From a virus, in IMG/VR virus record IMGVR_UViG_2884693830_000001, positions 1,459-65,458 of that record: a stretch of 64,000 nucleotides of DNA, one strand, 5' to 3'. The position numbers and the translations under genes were made by a program. Below are positions 37,818-46,022 of the stretch, in pieces (within the stretch, counting starts at the first letter, position 1; the number at the start of each line of letters is the position of its first letter). A model generated the notes under the pieces. It worked only from the letters and a program-made list of their open reading frames with translations. It ran no database searches and was not told the origin of the DNA.

Positions 37818-38246
37818 ATGCCGGGTTTCCAGTTCGTAGCGTCTCTGGTGGATTCTCTGGCCTGGCCTGTCGCTGTGGTGGTGGCGGTTGTGGCGTTGCG
37901 TCGGCCGTTGGCCGCGGCGATGGGGCGGGCGAAGCGGGTAGAGGCCGCGGGGGTCGCACTGGAGTTGGCCGAGGTGGAGCACGCTCGGGAGAGCGTGGAG
38001 CAAGACTTGGCGCAGGCCAGCGCAGAGGGTGCATCTCTTGGGGCGGCCGAGGTGGATGAGTTGGTAGGGAAGGCCGCTGACTTGGGGTGGTATTTGGGGC
38101 GCATGATGCCAGAGCTTTCGCCTGATGTGGTGGTGGATCGGTCGGGCGACAAGCCGGTGGTGCGCTCGGAGACTGAGAAGCGGATCAGAAAATTGTTGGC
38201 ACGGGACTTCGAGCCGACTCACCCACGTTGGCGGACATGGTTGTAA
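37818..38246 (+). CDS. Membrane-anchored hypothetical protein
   Basis: LAWPVAVVVAVVALRRPL TM followed by a coiled coil. Confidence 0.6.
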   Translation: MPGFQFVASLVDSLAWPVAVVVAVVALRRPLAAAMGRAKRVEAAGVALELAEVEHARESVEQDLAQASAEGASLGAAEVDELVGKAADLGWYLGRMMPELSPDVVVDRSGDKPVVRSETEKRIRKLLARDFEPTHPRWRTWL

Positions 38247-38254
38247 TGCAACCT

Positions 38255-38288
38255 ATAACTCACGATAATCCCTCTTATCGTGAGTTAA
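38255..38288. other. lox-like recombination site (13-8-13)
   Basis: ATAACTCACGATA-ATCCCTCT-TATCGTGAGTTAA; arms are inverted at 12/13 positions; about 100 bp upstream of a Cre-like recombinase. Confidence 0.8.
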
Positions 38289-38392
38289 GATGATCTCTGA
38301 GAGCGCATGATCACGACACTCTGGAACTCGCCCGGTGCACCCACGCCGGGCGTCCGACCAACCCGGAACACGCAAGCGAAAGGACTAGCGGC

Positions 38393-39418
38393 ATGTCGAC
38401 CCCCGATGCCGTGCACCCCGAATCCAGCACAGTGGGTGCACTGGAACTCCATAGCGGCGGAGAGTTGGAGACCGCAGACGATGCCGCCCGCTGGGCCCGG
38501 CTCGCCGAGCTCGACCAGGCGGCAGAGGCGTTCGAACCCCGCGCCGACAACACCCTGCGCTCATACGCGTCCGACTGGCGAGTGTGGGAACGGTACGTCG
38601 CCGCGGCGGGCATACCGCTGGAGGCCGGCACACCGGGAGCCTTCCTCGGGTTCGTGATCTGGCTCGGCAAGGAGGGCAAGGCGCCGTCGACGATCCAGCG
38701 GAACCTGTACGGCGCGGCGGTGTCCCTGCGGGAACGCGGTGTCGCAGTGCACCCGGACGGCCCGAAGAAGGCGAAGAAGGCGGTCGACGCGCTGGCCCGA
38801 ATGCTGGCCGAGGCGGGGGAGCAGCGGGGCCGCGGCAAGGCCCCGGCGTTGACGGTGATGCAGCTGCGCGCGATGTCGAAGGCGTTGCCGGACACGTTGA
38901 AGGGGCTGCGTGACCGGGCGATCCTCACGGTGGGGTTCGGCATGGCGGCGCGCCGGTCGGAGCTGGCGAACCTCCGTGCCCAGGACGTGGCGGTGACGGA
39001 GAAGGGTCTGCAGGTGTTCGCCCGGTACGGCAAGACCGGCGCCCGCTCGCCCGCGATCAAGAAGGGTGAGAACGAGTGGACGTGCCCCCGGCGCGCCTGG
39101 GTGGCGTGGGCGGCGGCTGCGGACCTCGACCCGGACGGGCCTGCATTCCTGCGCTTCAACCGGCACAAGATGCTGGGCCCGATCACCGCGCAGGGCATCG
39201 GGATCGCCGTCACGGCGGCGGCCGAGGCGGTGGGCTTGGACGGCGTCACCGGGCACAGCATGCGTGCCGGCCTCGCCACGGCGGCGCGGGAGGCCGGGCA
39301 CGACTATCGGACGATCGCTGTCCAGGGCGGATGGGCGCCGAACTCCACCGCGCTGCACGAGTACCTGCGGATCGTGGACCAGTGGGCGGACAACGCCACG
39401 GCGGGAATCGGGATGTGA
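38393..39418 (+). CDS. Cre-like tyrosine recombinase/resolvase
   Basis: N-terminal NTLRSYASDW; catalytic R (ARRSEL), K (GKTG), H-x-x-R (GHSMRAG), W (GGW), Y (HEYL). Confidence 0.9.
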   Translation: MSTPDAVHPESSTVGALELHSGGELETADDAARWARLAELDQAAEAFEPRADNTLRSYASDWRVWERYVAAAGIPLEAGTPGAFLGFVIWLGKEGKAPSTIQRNLYGAAVSLRERGVAVHPDGPKKAKKAVDALARMLAEAGEQRGRGKAPALTVMQLRAMSKALPDTLKGLRDRAILTVGFGMAARRSELANLRAQDVAVTEKGLQVFARYGKTGARSPAIKKGENEWTCPRRAWVAWAAAADLDPDGPAFLRFNRHKMLGPITAQGIGIAVTAAAEAVGLDGVTGHSMRAGLATAAREAGHDYRTIAVQGGWAPNSTALHEYLRIVDQWADNATAGIGM

Positions 39419-39909
39419 GCGCGCCCAGCTGTCACTGTTGACACTTTTCGAGGGTGGGACCAGCTGCTCAAGCTACCCCGCGCGCCATGGCGATGAGCGC
39501 AGAAGGCACAATCCTGCCACGACGGTAGCCGCACTCGCCAAGGCCGTTGTCCGGCCAGTCCTTGTGGACCAGCCGACTCCTCTAGGCCCCCTGATGCTCT
39601 GGCGGCACTGACCCGAGGGCCGTTCCGGCGCCACTCCTCGGAGCAGCCACAATCGCTCAAAGTGTGTGCGAGGGCACAACCTTCGAGTCGTTCCGCTGCT
39701 CAGCGGCAACAAGGCGGCATATATTGGCGCCCGATTCAAAGCGCGTACATCAGTAACGGCCGCCTCATTGTCGCTGGTCGAGAGCGCCCGCCATGTCCAT
39801 CACAAGAATGGCGGTTAAACCACCCTAAGTAACTTGTCAAGCCTTGAAATTGCCCTGGTCAAATACGATGATCCTTCGTGGCCATGCCTCGTCAAGCGGA
39901 AGGATTCTT

Positions 39910-41136
39910 GTGATTAGACGGACACGTTCTGTGTTCAGGATCGTGTTAGCCGCGATCGCCTCGTCCATCATTCTGGCGGGATTACCGGCGACTGCGGCTC
40001 AAGCCCTACCTCCCGATGCCGATGAGATCGCACAGAGAATCCGGCAGGGCAACGCTTCGATCCGCCAAGACACCAGCGCCGGAAAGAAGGCCAGTTCCAA
40101 GCGCAAGGTAAGGTATCTGCAATCGTGCGATGAACTGCGCAAACAGCGTAAAAACTCATCGACGCGAAGCAAGAAAAAGGTCGCATGCAGTACTGGCCCG
40201 AAGATGAGGACAGCAGCCGCCAATCCCGAGGGGGGTGTACCGCCCGGTGTTCCTGACTGGTGCAAGGACGCCGGCCTAGGGTGGTATGCGGCCACCCGCT
40301 TCAACCAGTGCACTTGGCGAACTGAAGGCATCGAGTGGTGGGCTGGCGACTTCGTCGTCGGAGGCATCGACTTCACCCTTTACAACGACATCGTAACCGT
40401 CTGGAATGAGGGGGCGTTCATCTTCGGTGATCACGTCTGGGCCTACAACGAATGGGGGGAATGGGAGCCGGATATGCTCCTTGCCTCCGTCGCGGTCTGC
40501 TCAGCCAACTGCACCATCATAGCTGCGCCACCCAACAAGGACCTTCAGCTGCGTACCTGGATACAATTCAACACCGTAATGCGGTCCACCGTTGCCGCTA
40601 ATGCTGTCGAGACACTGGATCCGGCATCGGGGCTCATATGGGATGGACCGGCATCGGACGATGACGTGGAGTACGTCACCGAGGGCCCGTCCGACCTCCG
40701 CTGCGACAACGGGCTACTCAAGGGCACCGATAACGAGGGATGCGTCATGGCGAACGCCTGGCCTACCCTGACATACAAGGGAAGCGAATGGGACGAGATA
40801 GCACCCCACATAAGCCGATCTCAAGCAGCTGGGTCTCCTGGAACACCGGGAGTCGAGCCTCTTCATCGAATGTACGACGATGCTGATGCCGCGCAGAACC
40901 GCAGGGATGCGTGCAGCTTCATTACTGGCTCCCGTCCGCCCAACTCAGACTGCGACGAGTACCCCATGGCCCACACGTACGAGGGTGCCTACACCTGTGG
41001 CTGTGATGACTTCACCGTAGAATGGGTCGACTCAAGTCAGAACCAGCTGGCCGGACAACGGTACGGTGACTTCGGCCGTGAACAGAGGCTTCTGGACAAC
41101 GATCCGTTCTTCGTCTACGCGGATCTCAGCTCGTAG
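39910..41136 (+). CDS. Secreted protein with a C-terminal NucA/NucB-type nuclease domain
   Basis: Signal peptide ending AAQA; LHR, NRRDAC, CDEYPMAHTYEG, QNQLAG; lower GC. Confidence 0.8.
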   Translation: MIRRTRSVFRIVLAAIASSIILAGLPATAAQALPPDADEIAQRIRQGNASIRQDTSAGKKASSKRKVRYLQSCDELRKQRKNSSTRSKKKVACSTGPKMRTAAANPEGGVPPGVPDWCKDAGLGWYAATRFNQCTWRTEGIEWWAGDFVVGGIDFTLYNDIVTVWNEGAFIFGDHVWAYNEWGEWEPDMLLASVAVCSANCTIIAAPPNKDLQLRTWIQFNTVMRSTVAANAVETLDPASGLIWDGPASDDDVEYVTEGPSDLRCDNGLLKGTDNEGCVMANAWPTLTYKGSEWDEIAPHISRSQAAGSPGTPGVEPLHRMYDDADAAQNRRDACSFITGSRPPNSDCDEYPMAHTYEGAYTCGCDDFTVEWVDSSQNQLAGQRYGDFGREQRLLDNDPFFVYADLSS

Positions 41137-41152
41137 ACAGTAGGATTCCCTT

Positions 41153-41686
41153 GTGGGTAGCGCTGACACGTCATTTCGATCGCATGTCCGGTTGTCCTAC
41201 CATCAGATTTACCTCTTGGACCCGGATGAACTTCTGCCTCAGCCGCCACCGGCCTTCCCCAACGGGCTCATCGGTTTGGACGACGAACCGGATGGGGCGA
41301 CCATCCTCACCGGCATTGCGATGGGCTGTGTGGACATGACAGTGCAACTCGCCAGGAAGGGCCCCCCTGTAGACCTTGACTCGTGGGAGGAAGTGGTTGA
41401 GGTCTCCATCGAGTCCACAACCGGATCGCTGTTTGTATGTGGGCTCGATGGAGACCTTCCGGAGCATCTGCCGAACTTGGCTACAGAAGGCGCAGGATTC
41501 TATCGGTTGCGAGTGCACGCTACCGGTCGCGACACCAACGTCAATGGGATAGCCGAGACTCCAACTGAACACTATTTGATCACTGCGTGGCCAGCCCCTC
41601 CCGAGGCGGAGATCGTATACAAAGCGTCTGACGCTTACGGTGAAGAGGTTCGTCACCGGCCGCGTAGACGCCCACCTGGCACGTGA
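41153..41686 (+). CDS. Putative immunity protein for the upstream nuclease
   Basis: Immediately downstream, acidic, no signal peptide; YHQIYL, WEEVVEVSI, YRLRVHATGRD, EHYLITAWP. Confidence 0.65.
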   Translation: MGSADTSFRSHVRLSYHQIYLLDPDELLPQPPPAFPNGLIGLDDEPDGATILTGIAMGCVDMTVQLARKGPPVDLDSWEEVVEVSIESTTGSLFVCGLDGDLPEHLPNLATEGAGFYRLRVHATGRDTNVNGIAETPTEHYLITAWPAPPEAEIVYKASDAYGEEVRHRPRRRPPGT

Positions 41687-42492
41687 CTTGTTCACCGACT
41701 ACTGCGGTAGCACACTGACCGAGGCCAAGTCCAAGCCCCAGCGCTGCTCACCAGGTTCCATGGTGGAAACCGCCGCTGGCTGCTCCGCTCGGCCCCGATG
41801 GTCTGGATGGAGTTTGGCATCGGGGAACCGCCACGTGGGTTTCAGCCGAGGCGAGTCTCGCACCGAAGGTGGCGAATTGATTCCGCCTGGATGGCACTGG
41901 CATCCCCTCGGCTGTCCGGCGCACTTGCCAGCCCACCACGACCGAGTTGTGATCGTCACCGACGAGCAGTCCCGGCCACGCTGGCTGCCGTCGAACGGCT
42001 ACGGCTGCGGCAGCGAGATACGGACCGACACGTGGCCCCGCAGTGCAGCGGCTCCTACGGGGCTTGGCATCACGGGACAGCGCTCCCAGCCCGGGGCGTG
42101 GCCATCAAGCGATGTCTGCATCAACAAGATCACCCCCGTCTCACCGGTTTCCGGCGTGGCGTGCTTGCGGTACTTGACAACAATGCATATGCTGCGCGCC
42201 AGAGTGGGATACGCATGCCAAAGTGCTTGCGTGTTCGCATATGCGCGTCTCTGAGCCCACGTGTGTCGCCCGTTCGCGATGCCCTCCATGGCTCTCCGAC
42301 CCCCCAAGAGTCGATCTTTCCTGAGGCGCTCTGAGACGCGCACACACATTGGAAGGCCCCGCCCCCGCAGATGGGACGGGGCCTTCCCCATGTCCACCCG
42401 GTCCCCGGCGCGGCCCTGCGCCGCACGGGGGAGGCGCGGAAAACGAGCCGGGGGCCGGGTCACCTTCACCCCTCACCGCCAGGAGGCCCCTC

Positions 42493-43548
42493 ATGTACTG
42501 GCACACCCGCGACAACATCGAGCAGGAGCGCCGCGAGCGTGGCCGCCTGGCCGACCGTGGCTTCTGGCTCCACGACGCGCCCCGGCTCACCCTGGGGTGC
42601 CGCATCTTCGGTCACAAGCCGGTCGTCGACGGGTACGAGGCCCACGGGCGCGGCCTGCCCGCAAGCCGCTGGGTCACCTGCGACCGGTGCGGTGTCCGCC
42701 CCGACCCGCAAGGCCACCTCGACCCGGACGAATGGCCCATCGGCGTCCACTACGACGGCCTGTACGAGACGCCGGAGCGGCACGTCCTCACCACCGAGCA
42801 GATCCGGACGGCCATGGCCCGCGTCCGCGCCGGCCTCCGGCTGCCCGGCCCCTGGCCGGACAAGCCCACCGGCGCGATCGGCGGACAGCTGATCGTCGGC
42901 CGTACCTTCGGCGGGTTCTCCGTCGAGGTGGAAGTCGGGTGCGCCGGCGCCGAGAACACGCTGGCCGCGCACCTGCGGATCAACCCGCTGGGTGCGCTCT
43001 ACCTGCACACTGAGGGGTTCGGCACGTGGCTGCAGCGCCGCTTGGTCCCGACCGGCTACACGTCGCGGCAGATCAGCCTGTCCATCGACAGGTGGGCGAT
43101 CCACACGAAGCTGTGGGCCCGCGAAGGCGAATGGTCCCGGGATGACCCGTGGTGGATGCACGGCCGCCTCTCCTTCGACCTGGTGGAAAAGCTGCTCGGC
43201 CCCAAGCGGTACAGCTACCGCACCGTCGACGGCCCGGTCATGGGCTGGATCATGATGCCGGAGGGCGACAGCCACCAGGTGCAGCTCACCCTGAAGCGGG
43301 TCCGGCTGGGCAGGCCGCGCGCCGAGTGGGCCGCGAAGTACCACTGGGACGTCGAGTGGGAGTCGGCCACACCGATCGTCACCTGCCCCGGCAGAGGCGG
43401 CACCACCGCGGCGTCGGTGCGGGTGCCCGACCAGGCCGTGGAAGCCCACTCCTGGGACGTCCTCGCCTGCACGCTGGCCGCGATGAAGCTGAGCGAGCAG
43501 CGCGCCGCGTACGGCTACCAGCCTGGGAAGGGAGACAGCGCCAGATGA
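42493..43548 (+). CDS. Hypothetical protein
   Basis: AGGAGG RBS; GCRIFGHK...CDRCG. Confidence 0.7.
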   Translation: MYWHTRDNIEQERRERGRLADRGFWLHDAPRLTLGCRIFGHKPVVDGYEAHGRGLPASRWVTCDRCGVRPDPQGHLDPDEWPIGVHYDGLYETPERHVLTTEQIRTAMARVRAGLRLPGPWPDKPTGAIGGQLIVGRTFGGFSVEVEVGCAGAENTLAAHLRINPLGALYLHTEGFGTWLQRRLVPTGYTSRQISLSIDRWAIHTKLWAREGEWSRDDPWWMHGRLSFDLVEKLLGPKRYSYRTVDGPVMGWIMMPEGDSHQVQLTLKRVRLGRPRAEWAAKYHWDVEWESATPIVTCPGRGGTTAASVRVPDQAVEAHSWDVLACTLAAMKLSEQRAAYGYQPGKGDSAR

Positions 43549-43730
43549 GCGCCACCATCACCCGCTGGTCCTTCACCGCGACCATCAACGACAGCGACCA
43601 CCTGCCCGAGGACGTGAGCTACGACGAGGTGACGGCCGAGATCGAAGAGGTCGTCACCGACGCGCTCACCGCCTGGTACAACGAGCGCGGCCACCAACTG
43701 CTTGCCTGCGAACCGGTCGTCGCGTGGTAG
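43545..43730 (+). CDS. Small hypothetical protein
   Basis: ATGA overlap. Confidence 0.6.
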   Translation: MSATITRWSFTATINDSDHLPEDVSYDEVTAEIEEVVTDALTAWYNERGHQLLACEPVVAW

Positions 43731-44314
43731 GCCTCGTGATCCCCGCTGTTCTGGGCCTGCGCGTCGGCTCGCAGGAGCTCACCCTGGCCACATTCGACCT
43801 GCCGATCACGGCGCAGCCCGCCGGCGACTCCGGCGAGGCGAACTTCGCCCTGGACGTCCCCGAGTTCCGCAGCCTCCTCGCCGCCGCGCTCCGCGAAGCC
43901 GCGGCAGAGGTGGAGAAGATCCCCCATGATGATTTCCGCACCCCTGAGGACCCCCGCATGAAGGTGTACGTCACCACGATCGCCCGCGTCTGCCACGAGG
44001 CGAACCGTGTCCTGCAGATCGCGGCGGGTGAGGAGCCGTCACCGCACTGGCCGGACGCGCCCGACTGGCAGCAGGAGTCCGCGATCAAGGGCGTCGAGGC
44101 TGCCCTGTCCGGTGCGACCCCGCAGCACCTCCACGAGTCGTGGTGCGCGGCGAAGCTGGCCGACGGTTGGACGTACGGCCCGGTCAAGGACGCGGCTGCG
44201 CGCACCCATCCGTGCCTAGTGCCGTACGGCGACCTGCCCGAAGCCCAGCGAGTCAAGGACCACCTGTTCCACGCGATCGTCCGCGCCTTCCCCGTGGCCA
44301 GGACGGAGACCTGA
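43724..44314 (+). CDS. RyR-domain protein
   Basis: HESWCAAKLADGWTYGPVKDAAARTHPCLVPYGDLPEAQRVKD. Confidence 0.85.
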   Translation: MVGLVIPAVLGLRVGSQELTLATFDLPITAQPAGDSGEANFALDVPEFRSLLAAALREAAAEVEKIPHDDFRTPEDPRMKVYVTTIARVCHEANRVLQIAAGEEPSPHWPDAPDWQQESAIKGVEAALSGATPQHLHESWCAAKLADGWTYGPVKDAAARTHPCLVPYGDLPEAQRVKDHLFHAIVRAFPVARTET

Positions 44315-44934
44315 TGCAGCGCTACATCAAGTACATGCCGCTGCAGGACATCCCGTCCGCGACGCGGAACGCCAAGGATCATGACCTGGCCAGCATCCGC
44401 CGCTCGATCGAGACGTTCGGGTGCGTTGTCGCTGGAGAGATCGACGAGCGCACCGGCCGGCTCGTCGCCGGTCACGGCCGCAAAGAGGTCCTGATGGCGA
44501 TGTGCGCCGAAGGCGTCACCCCTCCGGAGGGCGTGCAGCTGGCCGAGGACGGCACGTGGCTCGCGGCGCTCGTCCGCGGTTGGCGGTCACGCTCCGACGC
44601 GGACGCCGAGGCGTACATGATCGCTCATAACCGCACCAACGAGCGGGGCGGTTGGGACCAGGACGTGCTGATCAAGTCCCTGGCGGACATTCAGCAGGCG
44701 GACTCGTCCCTGCTCGCGGCCACGGGCTACAGCTCCGACGAGCTGGCCGACCTCGAAGAGGCTCTCGCCGTGGATGCTCATGTGGCCGTGGGCGTGCACG
44801 ACGACGGCGGCGAGGTCGACGACAACACCGCCACCGGCCCGTCGCCGGAGGAGTTCCAGGAGTTCGACGACGACATCGCCACCGACTACCAGTGCCCGCG
44901 CTGCGGTTACGAATGGAGCGGCAAGCCCCGATGA
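44314..44934 (+). CDS. ParB/Srx-like protein of the DNA-modification-associated type, with a C-terminal Zn ribbon
   Basis: RNAKDH..SIETFG..GRLVAGHGR..AYMIAHNR..GGWD; YQCPRCGYEW. Confidence 0.8.
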   Translation: MQRYIKYMPLQDIPSATRNAKDHDLASIRRSIETFGCVVAGEIDERTGRLVAGHGRKEVLMAMCAEGVTPPEGVQLAEDGTWLAALVRGWRSRSDADAEAYMIAHNRTNERGGWDQDVLIKSLADIQQADSSLLAATGYSSDELADLEEALAVDAHVAVGVHDDGGEVDDNTATGPSPEEFQEFDDDIATDYQCPRCGYEWSGKPR

Positions 44935-46022
44935 CCACGCCGCCGTACCACGTACCGAGCATGGCTGAGGTGCGGGCGGTGCCGTGGAACGGCTTCAACG
45001 GCATCAGCACCTTCTCCGGGGGCGGCGGCTCGTCGCTCGGCTACCGCATGGCCGGCCTCCGCATGCTGTGGGCGAGCGAGTTCATCCCGGCCGCCGCCGA
45101 CACGTACCGAGCCAACACCGCGCCGCACACCCACCTGGACACCCGCGACATTCGCAAGGTCACCGCCAAGGACATCCTCGACCGGACCGGCCTGAAGGCC
45201 GGGGAGCTCGACCTGCTGGACGGGTCGCCGCCGTGCGCCGCGTTCTCGACCTCCGGCAAGCGAGAGGCCGGGTGGGACACCGTCAAGACCTACTCGGACA
45301 CCAGGCAGCGGGTCGACGACCTGTTCTTTGAGTTCACCCGCCTCCTGGGCGACCTGCAGCCGAGGGTGTTCGTCGCGGAGAACGTCGCCGGGCTGGTGCA
45401 GGGCACCGCGAAGGGCTACTTCAAGGAAATCCTGGCCGCGCTGCGCAAGCCCGGATACCGCGTCACGGCGCGGCTGCTCGACGCGCAATGGCTCGGCGTG
45501 CCGCAGGCCAGGCGACGGCTCATCTTCGTCGGCGTCCGCGACGACCTCGACATGGAGCCGGTCCACCCGGCGCCGCTGCCGTACCGGTACACGGTGCGCG
45601 ACGCGGTCGGCGATCTGCCCGGCGCGTTCGACGACCTGCAGGAAGACCCGGAGACGGGGCAGCCGCTCACCCTGCGCGGCTACGCCCTCGAAAAGTACTG
45701 GCACCAGCTGCGCCCAGGCCAGGGCCACCGGGTGCGGACCAGCCTCAAGAGGCTGGCCTGGGACCAGCCAGCGCACACGATCGTGGCCAGGGCAGGCACA
45801 GCGGGCACCGCCGCCATCACCCACCCCGACCACCCGCGCTACCCAACCCTCGCCGAACTGCGCAGGTTGGGAGGCTTTCCGGACGACTTCACGCTCACCG
45901 GCAACTACTACCGCAGGTGGGAGAGGATCGGCCGCGCGGTTCCGCCCGTGATGATGGCGCGGATCGCCGCGACCATCCGCGACCAGGTGCTCGTCCCATT
46001 GCGTGACGCGGGGAGGATCTGA
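44931..46022 (+). CDS. C5 cytosine DNA methyltransferase-family enzyme, predicted carboxymethyltransferase
   Basis: FSGGGG (I), GSPPC (IV), ENVAGL (VI), PQARRRL (VIII); motif X reads IGRAVPP instead of GNAVPP. Confidence 0.9.
   Translation: MTTPPYHVPSMAEVRAVPWNGFNGISTFSGGGGSSLGYRMAGLRMLWASEFIPAAADTYRANTAPHTHLDTRDIRKVTAKDILDRTGLKAGELDLLDGSPPCAAFSTSGKREAGWDTVKTYSDTRQRVDDLFFEFTRLLGDLQPRVFVAENVAGLVQGTAKGYFKEILAALRKPGYRVTARLLDAQWLGVPQARRRLIFVGVRDDLDMEPVHPAPLPYRYTVRDAVGDLPGAFDDLQEDPETGQPLTLRGYALEKYWHQLRPGQGHRVRTSLKRLAWDQPAHTIVARAGTAGTAAITHPDHPRYPTLAELRRLGGFPDDFTLTGNYYRRWERIGRAVPPVMMARIAATIRDQVLVPLRDAGRI

Noticed and set aside
38393-39418. Recombinase as the prophage attP integrase
   Set aside because: It lacks an N-terminal arm-binding domain, has the Cre-type Trp, sits beside a symmetric lox-like site and is far from the repressor. 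A resolvase is more likely, though integration is not excluded.
41699-41959. 86-aa minus-strand ORF and other ORFs at 41.7-42.4 kb
   Set aside because: No clear RBS, motif or consistent codon bias. It could be a gene remnant, but is not supportable.
42174-42230. TTGACA as a sigma-70-type promoter
   Set aside because: No acceptable -10 hexamer at 16-18 bp spacing. The nearby GCATATGC palindromes were noted but cannot be assigned.
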